Shown piece after piece: positions 11,168 to 24,496 of a DNA stretch of 64,000 nt; position 1 is the first letter of the stretch, and each line of letters starts with the position of its first letter. Origin of the DNA: Parasitella parasitica NRRL 2501. Its lineage: Eukaryota; Fungi; Mucoromycota. The notes below the pieces were generated by a model, which was not told the origin of the DNA, searched no databases, and saw only the letters and a program-made list of their open reading frames with translations. A program made the position numbers and the translations under genes. The stretch is taken from NCBI GenBank assembly GCA_025201805.1, contig MU619270.1, positions 15,037-79,036 of the forward strand, read 5' to 3'.

Positions 11168-13934
11168 CGTTTAAAGGCCCGCTTACGCCCTGTTTTTCTA
11201 CGATTTTCCCTAATTCTATTTTCACTGAAGTTCAAGAAGCAACGAAGAATTAAAGACAAAAAATAAGTTAAAAACGGGGTATGGAAAGTTATTTTAATAC
11301 AGTTTTTTGAAAGTTCTCCTAAAGATTTGGGTTATTTTAACTCTGGATAGTGAATTGTCTGGATTTGCTAAATGGCAATTATTAACAGTGGCAGTCGCAA
11401 GTTTAAGCAAAGTAATATATGCGTATTATATCAGTCCAGTGGTTGATAGTATGATACATATGATATAATAACAAACCATACTTAAAATTAAATAAGTAAA
11501 ACGCTGTGTATTTCGTTCTCTTCGATACAATACATGCTACAACCGATGAGATCAGGAAGTCAATTATGAATGACATTTATACCATATCTCATTTTAAACA
11601 AAATGTCTCGACTGCTTTTGCAACGACTGTCGCATGATCATGCGTTCAACATGTCGACAAGATCTAAGATGCGGCACGAAGTTTATCTAAAAATACCAAT
11701 TTCGCTCTGTCACAATACTCTGTAGTAGGCAACCTCGTACAATATCTTGCACTTTTGTGCTTAAACATGAAGCGTTCAGCCCTGTCTAGTTTTATTCGTG
11801 TATTGAAGGAATTATCGTTTACAACAGTTATATATGACTAAATGATGTATTTTGTTAGATGAAGACGCGTAGCATTTAAGACATGCGTCAGACTTGAAAG
11901 ATAATCTTTGCGCTTATCGAAAGTCCAACAGACTGATTGAACATATTAGGGCGACTCAGATCTATGTCAAGCATATGTGCTCCAAAAAAAGAAAAAGAAA
12001 AAAAGAATATGGTGTCAGCAGTAGTTGAAAAGACAATGAAAGCAAGGCATGCTTTGTCGCATGATGATAGATTTTTAGTGTCTTGACTTGGAAGGCCAAC
12101 ATAGACCTATTCAATCCTACCCAAACTTACTTGGCATTTTAGAGTATTTAACCAAGAGAGTGAAAAAAAAAAAAAAAAAAAAAAAAAAATACCCAGTTTT
12201 ATAGCAAGGATCGATGTTTTTTGTTGTTGATGTAGATAAGAATGCTAATGAGGTTGGAGAATGAGCGTGACATATGCTGGCTTCCACTCTCTTTCATATT
12301 TTGATGCCTGGAAAATAAAAGCACGCTTTTATTTGCATAAATATCAAGTGGATATATCCTGTTCGATTTTTTATGTACTGCAGAGAGCATAATCATTGCA
12401 ACAACCAGCATCCTTTGATGCATTGATGTATTAGAGAACAATGAAATCGAACGATCTACAAAGGGCTATGTTTGTAAACAAACTCCGGATACTGAGCGAT
12501 TTTGACGTGTTTTTAGTAGAGTAAAGCAGCTTTGACTCCTAAAAAAAATTGTCCACGAAGTAATCCTATTAGCATTCATACTTCATGGCGGCCTGGTTCT
12601 CTCATTGCTGATAATTTGTGAAAGGCGCACGTTTAAGTCTAAAATGGTAGTATATGATCCAGGAGTGAAACACACGAGTGACAAAATAACAAGTGAATGT
12701 AGTGATGAATCGTATGTAGACTTGATTGGTGACAATGGTGTCACTTTTATTACACTTTGATATCATGCCTAGTAATGATAGATTTTAATAACTTACTCCG
12801 GATGCGAAAATAATAGTTTTTTATTCTATATGACACTTCTAACGATTTATTCTTGGTTCGATAATATGAAAGATAAAACTTTTGTTTACTTCTTTCAGCA
12901 TTTCTCAAATGTTTAGCGTACAACATTACGCGACAATTGTATCACAATAGACGGTAGTGGTGCAGTAGATCAACTTTTGTGCAACATGTAGAGAAGCATA
13001 AGGATCTGAATTATTTGGCAAGATGCAGTTAAATCTGTTGAATTTCAATTTTTCAACGTAAGCTCTTTTACATACAACCAGATTCCTGCTATAATATAAA
13101 ATATACGCATAGTTCTTACCGGTGACCGGAGCACATGCCAACAAAGGAGAAAACGTTCGATTCAGTATGATAAGACAAAAATTTTGGTTGCACAAATAAT
13201 TGCATCTACCTCACCACACTCTCATGAATTAATGCAGCTCAAATGCATGTAGTGTATAAGACAACAAATAAAGAAGTGTATATAATAGTATACCCTTAAA
13301 AAAAAAAAGTGATGTTAGTTTGTATGCTTCATTCTCATCATGCACTATTAAATGCGAATCGATGAATTAGACATCCACGAATTCGCGATATTCTTTATTG
13401 ATCAAGCAGTAACAGTGTCACTGGTGTTCAACAGCAGCAGGCGTTTTCTCTTGAAAAAAAAAAACGGCTACAAGGATCGATTGATCTTTTTGGACAACAT
13501 GAACAACTTAACCACAAGGGAACAACCTTTTTATGTATAAAAATGTGCCCGGATGCGGCCTTTCTGAGGTTGCAAAACTTTACAAAATGCCAGCGTACGA
13601 CGTTACACTGCAAAATGTTGCTGTGCATATACTATCATCCGCTATCATTTACGTTTAGTGATTTACTGTCTATATACTGGTGTTTCTCTAGCTTTCTTTC
13701 AAAATTATTTGAACAGCAGGACAATGTGAATAGTTTTACAAGCTATCTCATGCTTTTCTAATCATGACGGCATTAGAATACAATGCATCAGATAGTTTAA
13801 TTTAAAAAAGCAATTGTTACACTGTTTTCAAAAATCGCACTAGAGTCGCCTATTGAAAGGAGGCATGTTTCTTTTGTATAAATTATGTATCATTTTTGTT
13901 GGGTCTCTTCTTTCTTTTTCTTTTTTCAACAAAG

Positions 13935-16900
13935 ATGAAGTTTAGGATTAAAAACACTCTTCTTTATCTATTGGCGAGCGTCATAGCCAAATGCTATGCG
14001 CAAGCAGAGAATGGAGATGACCAAAAAAAGTAGTGTTGATTCGCCATGAACAACAGCACACGGAACTGACTTGAAATTTTTTTTTTTCACTATAGCTTTG
14101 ATAACTCGACATCCACTTTTATATCGGCTTTATGGTTCAATGCAGCTTTGGCTGTTGGCTTTTTTGGCGCATTTTTTTTGCTGAGAACATCAAGGCCACA
14201 AACATACGCTCCTAGAACTTATGCAGTAGCAAAGGAGTACGTTGTTTATTGTGACATGAACTTGACGCTGATTTATTAACATGACTAATAGGAGAAGACC
14301 CCCTCCCTTGCCAGCTGGATTTGGCCGCTGGATCATTGCATTGTTCAAAATCAAAGACGAAGACTTGATCAAATCAATGGGTCTTGATAGATTTATGGTC
14401 CTCAAGCTGCTTAGAATGGGAATGGTTACGTTTTCTCTTTATTCGTTAGTGGCTATTCCTATTTTGTTCCCAATCATTACTATAAATCAAGGAAATAATC
14501 CTGGTCTAACCTATTTAACAATGGGTAATGTCATTGATGACAATCGCACATGGGCCCACTGTTTGTTGGCGTGTATTTTATCTGGTAAGTAATAATGTTC
14601 CGTACAACCGAATCTCTCTGTACTCATGTTGCTCTCGCCCAACTCTAGGCCTTGTGTGGTATTATACTTTCCGTGAGACCCACATCTATGTCGATTTGAG
14701 AAGAAAGTTTCTTCTCAGTCCCGACTATGCTGAAACTGTAGCCGCTCGAACTATCTACATCCCTTCCATCCCAAAAAACGTCAACAACGTCGATGATTTG
14801 GAGCGCATCTTTTCTAAATTTCCTGGTGGCGTACGACGCATTTGGTTGAATAGAAAATTGAACGATATTCCTGAGCTTGTGCAGAAACGACAAAAGGCTG
14901 CCTTGGGCTTGGAATCATCCATCACAAAAGCCATATTAGCTACATACAAGCACCACATCAAAATTGGAGAGAAAAAGAACCAAGTGGATGAACAAGGCCT
15001 GACTGCAGCAGATATTCCCCAAAACATCCGCCCAACCCATCGTGAAAGCAGTTTACCTATTCCATTGCCCTGCTTTGGTCACAAAGTAGACACCATCAAC
15101 TTTTATCACAACCAAATTAAGGAACTGAACGAAACAATCACTGAGAAGCAGTCTGAAGCTCATAATCTACAACAATGTAACTCTGCCTTTATCGAATTCA
15201 ACCAGCAAATTGCAGCTCATATGGCAGCACAGTCATTGATGCACAAGAAAGCAATGCAAATGGCACCTCGTACAATTGGCATCTCACCAAGTGATGTCAT
15301 TTGGGAGAACATGAACATCCGATCCTTTGAAAGAATGATGCGTCGTTTCTTGAGCATTTCAGCTACTTCTGCCATTATAATTTTTTGGGCTGCTCCTGTT
15401 ATCTTTGTTCAGGCTGTTGCGAATCTAAAGACGCTATCTGAAGCACTACCTTTCCTTGCAGGTATCAATAACTTGGGTCCCACTGCCGTTGGTATCATTC
15501 AAGGTATCCTTCCTGCTGTTGCCTTGTCTATCTTGATTTCCTTGGTGCCTGTCATTTTTACGTTTCTGTCGACAAAGGAGGGTATTCCTCAAAAGTCGTT
15601 TGTGCAGCTCTCTGTTCTGCACAAATTCTTCTTTTTCCAACTGATTGATGTAGTCCTCGTATCTACTATTTCCGGAGGCGTTATGACTATGGCCAATGAG
15701 ATCAAAAACCTCGCTGAAAACCCTTTTGGAATCATCAATATTCTCTCTGAAAATTTACCCAAGGCCTCCACTTTCTTCATCACCTTTGTCATGCTTCAGG
15801 CAACCAATCAATCAGGGCAGGCCATGCTTCAATTAGTCCCCTATCTGCTGTCTTACATCATGCCTATGTTCAGTACAACCCCTAGAGACATCTACAATGC
15901 TAAAAAGACATGTCCTATCGTCAATATTGGTACGCTGATTCCTGCTCAAACTGTCATTTTTGTCCTCGGTCTTGAATACGGTGTCATATCTCCTTTGATT
16001 CTGCCATTTGTCTGTCTGTTTTTCATGCTGCAGTACTTTGTATACTTGTATCAATTCTTGTACGTCTATGAAATTCCCTACGAGACAGCCGGCCGTGCTT
16101 TCCCAAGAGCTATTCGTCATATTTACATTGGCTTATTGATCTCTCAGTTGACACTGATTGGTCTTTTTGCTATTCGATCTGGTGCTCGTGGTCAGATGGG
16201 TCTGATGATTGCCTGCCTTGTAGGAACCTCGTTTTCCCTCTACTATTATGATTGCGCTTTCAAGCCGCTTTTCAAGTACTTGCCTGTTTCCGCCTTCGAA
16301 AATCCTGCTATAGATGCCAAAAATAACGACGATATACAAGACAATAATGTTCTCGATATCAATGTCAAAGATGACGACAAACAGAACCTCAAGACTGGAT
16401 ACATTTCCGACGATTCAGTTGATACAGATGAACACAATAAATCACAAAGCAGCACAAGCTCACACAACTACGACAATGTTGATAAGCCAGGGTTCTCTAA
16501 AACGGCTACTCATAGCTCAGCCAACTCACGTACACCTATTGAAGCGTACCACGCTCGTTTTGAACTATTGAAGCGTCTCAATCAAGAAAAAGAAAAAAGC
16601 CCTGACGATATTAGAAAGGATAAGAGCCGCATCATCAACGCTGCTAAATCACTTTACGAAGCCGAGTCTTATATGCATCCTTCCACTTATGACCCTAATC
16701 CTATCATCTGGATACCTGAGGACGATCTTGGCATTGCACAAAAGGAGATCAAAGAATTCAAGAGCTCTAATATTGATGCCACCTGTCGCGAAGCTGCTAT
16801 TGTTCGTAATGAAAAGGGCAAGGGTAAGGTAACTATCGATGAGGAACGCTTGATCAACGAATATCAAGGTGCTCCTGGAAGTGCTCCTTCTGCTGTTAAC

Positions 16901-16975
16901 CAGTCCAATATTAACAACTATGTTCGTGTTCTTGTTGACAACATGAACTTTGTTGAGGCCATCACCATGTATTAA
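13935..16975 (+). CDS. OSCA/TMEM63 (CSC1/PHM7/RSN1-family) calcium-permeable stress-gated channel
   Basis: ATG 13935, three 5' introns. Motifs YAPR, GLDRFMVL, SAFIEFNQQIAAHMAAQ, PSDVIWEN, GIIQGILP, LPKASTFFITFV, YQFLYVY..ETAGRAFP and YMHP; many TM segments. Confidence 0.93.
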
Positions 16976-18124
16976 GCATCCTTGCTACATACACTTACTA
17001 TCACTGGCATTATATACATATTTACACTCACATTCATCACATCCAACCCGTTTATTTAATATCTCTACTTTTTATAATTGCTAATATTTTTATTAATTCG
17101 TTCTCGTCATGATTTCAACTCCAATTAATAAAACACAAAACCAGGCAACTACCCTATCTGGTTTAATGCAGAATATCGATTTAACTTGTTGGCACTAACA
17201 AATATTTGAGATGTTCAAATTTAACTGGTAAGTTAAAACATATTAATGTAGCACATATATTCAACCATTCACAAATATCAAGATAACTTGCAATGTGAAT
17301 ACAAAACGTTCGGTAAATTTTAGATCAAATTTTTTTGTAGATGCTGCCAATCATTCAAGTTATGCACAAAAAATCTAACCCTTTCGTATTATGAGTATGA
17401 AGGAAGCCATTCTGTGCTGACATGTCTTTTCTAAGGGTTGTGACTAACGGACTCTCACCAATTTGTTTCCTAAAGCTCCTTGAAGAAATTATTGATGGTC
17501 AGAGTACCATTTGTCAAACTTCACATATGACCACTGAAAAAGGAAGGAAATCGAGGGATACCAATGTAGTTTCACGAGGTTGTCATGTTTCATCAAAGAT
17601 ATGGCGTATAATTTACGTTAAAGAAACTTAGAGGGATATAGAGAAAAGACTGTAAAGTTGCAAGAGCCTTCGATTTATTTTATCAATTAATTAATAAATT
17701 AACAACAAAAAAAATCTATTATGAATGCTCAGATATGATGGAGCACCCGCTGCAACTTGATATGTAGCAATATATTAAACGTACCAAGTGCATCATCAAG
17801 CGTCAAGGTTGCGCGAATGTATTCCTGCGACTTCAAAATAAAAGTTAAATACTCTCTATTATATATCATGTTTTGGAGTACACCTTGTGGAAACACATGT
17901 GCTTCATCAAAAACTGATTAGGATTAGCAAAAGCCTGTGTCATTTTATGGCATTTACATACCAAAAAGGGGAACACTTGTTAATGATTTCAAGCTTAGTT
18001 ACAAGTAAAAAAGTTTGTTTAATTTTTTTAAAATTATAGAATTAAAAAGGATGAAGGTATATGATTAGAAGAAAGAAAAATAATATAAAAAAGAATATAC
18101 AAATTGAATTTTTTTTTTTTTTTT

Positions 18125-18144
18125 NNNNNNNNNNNNNNNNNNNN
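18125..18144. other. Assembly gap (20 N) next to poly-T
   Basis: N run. Confidence 1.
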
Positions 18145-18153
18145 AGGCTGGTT

Positions 18154-19617
18154 CTATAACATGCCAGAATCTCTCAATGCGTTTTGTAGTAACGTTTCTT
18201 TCACGGCAGCAAATACAAATCGAATCTACAATAAAACATCAATACATTAAGGTATCAACCAAGAAGAGCAAGGAACTTACATTGGATGTGTCTGTAGCTT
18301 GTGTGAGGCTAATTATCAAACAATTAAATTAAGCGATTTTTTCTGGTAGTCCAAAATGCAATACTTACTGAGGATAGATGTTGAGGTTGCTTCTGTTACA
18401 CTGTAGAAATCTCCAGAGAATATATTTAGCTGCCTTATTGGCATCATTGCCTCCTCCATAGTCCGGAAAGTAATTTTTTAGCGGCGAGCCAGCAATCTTA
18501 GCTTTAAATACATCAACTTTGTTTAAAAATAGCATGATAGAAGAATTGATAAACCATCTGCTGTTGACAATGGATTCGAACAAAGCCAGGCTCTCTAGCA
18601 TGCGGTTCTACAGTAAATATTTAAGTATGACTGATTTACTGCCGTGCTGTGTCCATGTTACCTGATTAGATTCTTCTAATAAAACTTGATCGTACTCGCT
18701 CAGTGCAACACAGAAAATAATAGATGTCACTGAGTCGAAGCAATGAATCCACTTCTTTCGTTCTGAGCGCTGTCCACCAACATCAAACATGCTTTAAAAG
18801 GAATTTAATTCACACGTTGATGGTACTGATTGCCTTTTATCATCATAACTTACTGTATTAATAAACTACCCAATTGAAATTGTATTTCAGTAATGCCTGT
18901 AGTTTTAAGTCTCGCCCGCAAGACATCTTGTTCGTTTGGTACATAATTCGCTTGCTCGATACGATCTAAAGAATCAAAAAAGCTTTTCAGAGCATTAAAT
19001 GATTTGCTATCATTATTTATAATATATGGTCTTACTATGGTGCTGAATCTATTAGATAAAATCCATACTCTCCTTTCGCCAAGCATGATTTTACAGTGGG
19101 ATCTTGCCATAATAGTTTCGTCAACGCAATTATTTCAGGACTTAATTGACTTTTAGGATTTCCAGATACACGATATGATAGTATTCTGTCAACGTTGTCC
19201 TAAAACATACTTTAATAAACAGTTGCTCTAGCAAATATGTGTAAATTTATACGTTTAATTCGCTTCGTTCAAATGTCAAGTCAGAATCTTGTACTGCTTG
19301 AACTATAGTCTGTGCCGAATCTACTACATTTCTATACACTGTTGCTCTCCACGAGAATAATTCTTCATTAGTATAGCCATTCAAGTTTATTATCTTCATT
19401 TGTTTTAATATAGTTGATTTTCCAGATTCGCCACTGCCTGTATGTGATGTAAATCTTAAAATCATACCTCATGTTTTTTTAAAAAAAAATAAATACCTAA
19501 TAGCAATATTTTGCAATCTTTTTCTCGGCTGCTTCTTTCTTTTTCGATTTGTTTATCGATTTCATTACTTTTTTGATGTTCTTGATTGTCTTCTTCTGCG
19601 GATTGACATAACCCCAT
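18154..19617 (-). CDS. Heterotrimeric G-protein alpha subunit, fungal group III (Gpa2/GanB-like)
   Basis: MGLC lipidation start, [34 protein letters not shown] and C-terminus [14 protein letters not shown]. About 7 introns. Confidence 0.93.
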
Positions 19618-20835
19618 TTCTCCTATTGACTTCACTCAATAATTAAGCTTGACAAGTTCGTTAAATTAGCGATAAAAGGATGCTCGATTGCTATAGTAAA
19701 GACAAGATTTTTGGGCTGGTATTGTTGATATAGTACGCCTGTTTCTTCGCCTCGGTGAAAAATATGAATAAAAAGAAAACAGAAAAAAAAAGAGTGTGTT
19801 TACAAGCTTACATGTTTATTCTAGATTATGGATGTGAAAGTTTGGTTGACCCAATCAGAAAGCAATTAAGACATGGTGATGGGGACTTAATATTCTTGCC
19901 TTCCTGAGTGGCAAAAGTTTCAGGTCTCAAGACACAAACATTAAGATCGGTAGATAACTTTAACAGTGATACTCATAATACGAACACATTACCTTATTTA
20001 TACATCTATAGACTCGACTTTCAGACTTTACTTCTAGAAGAGGCAAAAACTCAAAAGACTATATTTGCCAAGTTCAAATACATGTTACACTACTCTAATA
20101 TTAACACATAGAAGCAATTCGAATTTGGCGATCTTGAGTTGCGTAGTGTTTTATACTCTATCTAGCACATTTTGTTAAAGATTAATGAATAATGCTGGCA
20201 ATATCAGCATTTATACGAATACAATTAAGTTATCAGCGTGAAACATTTATTAAAAACCTCTATTCATCTTTCTTTTTAAAGTCTAAATCAACATATTAAC
20301 AACGAGTTCATCATTTACTTAATGCAAAGTTTTACAGTGGTAAATCCATTAAAGAAAGAAAACGTAGACGGATTGCTAAGAGCGCCAATGTATGCTATGA
20401 TAAGATTAATCGGTTAGAATACGTAGCAAGACACCTACAAGAATACCTAGTACTTTTATACCCAAAGATTACTTTGAGCTTCAACTTAATCGGTCATTTA
20501 AGCTGCTTTTGATCCAAAGTAAAACCTTCAATTTATACATTTTGATTGTAAACAATTTTCTTCTTGGATAAACAAAGTATAAAAAGTATATTATGCATTT
20601 ATAAATATTGTAGACAATATAAATCAAAATCTGCTTTTTTTTTTCACGCATCCATCCCAATAAAATGATAGAATTGGATGCATGCAAGGCCACCACAAAT
20701 GCAGTGCTCTGATCCGGCCTACGTCACGCTTCTATGAACAATTGTGAAATCCCCTGCTTGTTCATGGAAAAAAAACTCCACAGGAAAACTTCCCACTTTC
20801 CACCTCTCTTTATCTCTCCCCACTCTCTTAACAAA

Positions 20836-21101
20836 ATGCCTGCCGCACCTGCTTCTGGTTTGACCCGTACCATCTACAATACTTTCTTCAAGAAGAATTC
20901 CATCTTTGTCACCTCCATCTTTGCTGGCGCCATTGCTTTCGAAGTTGCTTTTGATTCCACCTCTACTAAGGTTTGGGACCATCTTAACAAGGGCGTAAGT
21001 GTATTTTGTTATTTTACCTTTGGTTAATTATTGATATTAACATCATGTTTTTTTCTTAGAAACAATGGAAGGACATCAAGGACAAGTACGCATCCGAATA
21101 A
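20836..21101 (+). CDS. QCR9: Cytochrome b-c1 complex subunit 9
   Basis: IYNTFFKKNSIFVTSIFAGAIAFEVAFD...WDHLNKG|KQWKDIKDKY; intron 20995-21059. Confidence 0.95.
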
Positions 21102-21206
21102 ATTATTTAAAACAATCGCAACAACCACAAAACCATTTAGTAGACAAAATAATCAGCTCAAATTACCCTCCAAATAAAAAACTCATGTAAAAAAACTTGT
21201 CTTTTT

Positions 21207-22390
21207 TTATCTATTTTCTTGTAAACGGTTCAACATATTCTGCGTAATGGAACGATAATGACTAGAAAAGGGGCTATCAGGTTGGGATATGACAATAGGT
21301 TTGCCTAAATCTGATAATGTACAAATATCAGCATGGAGTGGCACTTGACCTAAAAGAGGAACATTAAAATCCTCGGCCATTCGAGCAGCACCATCATGAC
21401 CAAAAATATGCGATTCATGTTGACAATTGGGACAGATAAAGAGTGACATATTTTGTATCATGCCCAAAATCTATATTTTGATTAGTTGCCATGGTAACTA
21501 TTTGACATTTGACAGCTGTTTTACTTACTGGTACATTGACTTTTTTAAACATGTTGACACCTTTGACTGCATCAATAAGTGCAATATCCTGAGGTGTGGA
21601 GATAATGACAGCACCTATAGAGGTTTTAGAGCCTTAAGCTATATAAAATATAAAAAATAATTTACCATCTACAACGATTTGTTGACTAATGGTTAATTGA
21701 ACATCACCTGTTCCTGGTGGCATGTCAATCACTAGAAGATCTAATTGTCCCCAGTCAACTTGATGTAAAAGCTGTTGAAGGGCTTTCATCACCATCAATC
21801 CTCTCCATACAACAGGTGCATCTTGGTCCACTAAAAATCCCATAGACATGCATTTGACACCATAATTTGTCAAAGGTATTAATCGGTCACCTTGTTGACA
21901 ATTGGGTATTAGTCGAGGAATCAAATGTTCATGTTGATAGCTTTTTACCTTTCTCGCTTAGTTCTGGCTCCCCTTTCAAGTTCATCAATTTTGGTACAGA
22001 TGGTCCAAAGATATCTGCATCTAATATGCCTACCCTTTTTTTCATACCAGCAGCAGCCAAAGCGATATTGACTTTTTTTTTGTTTTGTGGGTATCATGAA
22101 CTTTTCTACTACTTATATTGCTCAAAGAGCCTTACCTGCTGTTGTAGATTTACCAACACCACCTTTTCCTGATGCTACAACTACAACGTTCTTGACACCA
22201 GCAATTGGCATTTTTTTTGGTAATCCACGTTGCGCTCTAGGTATAGTAGGTGCTGGTGTATGTCGAGGTAAACCCTACTTTGTTAGTTAATCTCGGTTGA
22301 AATTCGTATTTTATTTGTATGTCCTTTTACCAATGGGTTTTCATGCAGTAAGGTTCGAAATGTAGTAAATGCTCTTCTACTAACAAACAT
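21207..22390 (-). CDS. IND1: Mitochondrial Mrp/NBP35-family P-loop Fe-S protein (complex I assembly, Ind1/NUBPL)
   Basis: Presequence [15 protein letters not shown] then HENPLG; [38 protein letters not shown]. No N-terminal Cys cluster. Confidence 0.9.
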
Positions 22391-23419
22391 AGTTTTTGTG
22401 TGAAAGATTGCTAATGAATGCTTGGAAGGTAAGTCAAACAACAGCAAGGCTATCAAAAAGTGGGGTTTCAATAACACCAAGAAGTGTGACATTTTTGTGT
22501 TGTCAATGACAGCATCTACGTCTGTTTACTCTGATTTAACACATATCTAATAGTGAATACACTATAAACCAAACCATCTTTTTAAACTGACTTCTTTGGT
22601 GAGACTTTCTACAAGCACTTTAGCTTAAGTCAATAGTAACATTAATTTATATTTTGATTCTCTCCTAGTAGTAGTAGGTGTGCATGTTTGGGATAGTCCT
22701 AACCCCCCCTTTTTTTTTACATGTTTTCGGCAGAGACTTAACGTATTACCATAGAAATAAGAGATAGAATGGACAGGTAAGATACCACATGTAAGATAAA
22801 GATATAGAGCTACAATAGCTATGGTAAATGGTTCTTGTCTTGAGTGAAATTTAAGGATGATTTTTGAGGCGCAGAAAAAAGCAAAAACCACTGTTGGTTT
22901 TTAGTGTTGAAGTACAAAATATTCCATGGACCCTTTAGGATGGGTAGCAGTAAATAAATTAAAAACAAAACTAACTTGGCTTTTCATCACAACTCAAATC
23001 TAGAAACAACTTAAAACGTGTTTTGATACAGATTGTTGTTTTTTGCCCAAGCAAATGTGAAGATGTGGAAACAGACAAATAAACGGAATAAATGACTAAG
23101 GAAGCGCTGCTCATTGTGTAGAGATTGTAAAGAAATCTAGAAAGAATATATATTATATCTTCGGAAGATGACAGAGTGTCTAGGGGGACAACCTTCATTC
23201 AATAAGATGAAAGCTTTGACTAAGCATTTAATGGATCCCATTTAATTAGTTGAGTTTATTGAAGATGACACTAAAAAGAAGTTATTAGCACTGGGTAGGA
23301 CTATTGAAAGTGCATGTATAAGCAAATCACACCACGGAATTGTCTCCCTCAAAGTTACCAAACAAATATCACACATGCTAGTACAGAACATCTACTGGTA
23401 ATAAATATTTGGATACAAA

Positions 23420-23900
23420 ATAAAATTAGACAGTGCGTGCTTCGCTCTGTCTCACAGCCACCATGTCTTGGTTTTTATATAATTATGATCTGAAAAACGT
23501 TGGTTTCTGTGTACAACATCGTATATACGCACATTTTTATCAATAAAACATTTTTGTTCGATAGCGCTGAGTTGTCGCTCTGTTTTCCAGGTTTGATTGG
23601 AGTTGTACGATTCCTTTAGCGCAGAAATTATGAGCAAAGCGTTTAATATATGGCTTTTGAAATACTAATATACTACACATACCCCAGTAACAATTAGGTG
23701 ATGCTCGGATAGCCCTGATCATATCTGTATCAAAAAGAGCAAAATAAAGCCTGTCTTTATGTACCATCAAATCAGGCATGATCATTGCCATCTGAGCATA
23801 ACTTGGTTCCCACTGGGCGATGTCTTTATCAAAACTTATCTGCAAAAACAGTTTTATTTTTCTATTGCCGTTAGCATCCTGCTGTGGGGTTGAAGAACTA
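23420..23900 (-). pseudogene. Probable decayed ORF of unknown family
   Basis: 101-aa protein-like frame (23540-23845) with no convincing start, bounded by stops. Confidence 0.25.
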
Positions 23901-24496
23901 GCGGGAAGATGGTGAGCAATTTAAGTCATAAATATCAGATGTTTGCTCATAGCCTCTGCCAAAATGATCGCTAGACTGAGATCTAACTTGCAAAACATAG
24001 CATTGACTTGACGCTATCTGGTAACATATTTATAAAGTTATTAGGTGATGAAACAAATTCGCATATCAAAATTGCATATAAAATCGCTGATAGGCTCACT
24101 AAATACGGCAGAAATAGCATTTATGGAATATAAAATGCACAAATGTGCATAATGAAAAAATTGGGCACATTAAGCTGTTTAAATGTGCATAGCAAAACCA
24201 ACAAGATTTTTAAGGTAACCTATCAAAGCAATTAGATTGTGATATATAATCACTAGTTGTAATGAAAGCTTGTGTTATATCAATAACATACTATAGAAGG
24301 ACTTGTAGTTAGATCAAAGAAGAGCTAAAGCCAATGTGCGTGGATGAAACAAGGATTTACACCGCATGTGCTCTATATATTAAACCTTAGTTACAGTCGT
24401 ACTATATAGACACTTCTACAGTACATCAGAGTTTCATCATACACAAGTTATTTTAATTAATCGTTCTATGTGTCTAAAATTTTTGTTTATTCATGA

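Noticed and set aside
11631-11644. Perfect 14-bp palindrome CGCATGATCATGCG
   Set aside because: One such palindrome in 64 kb is within chance, and there is no supporting context.
20836-22390. QCR9 and IND1 adjacent as a respiratory 'cluster'
   Set aside because: Convergent orientation with no shared promoter; chance adjacency is sufficient.
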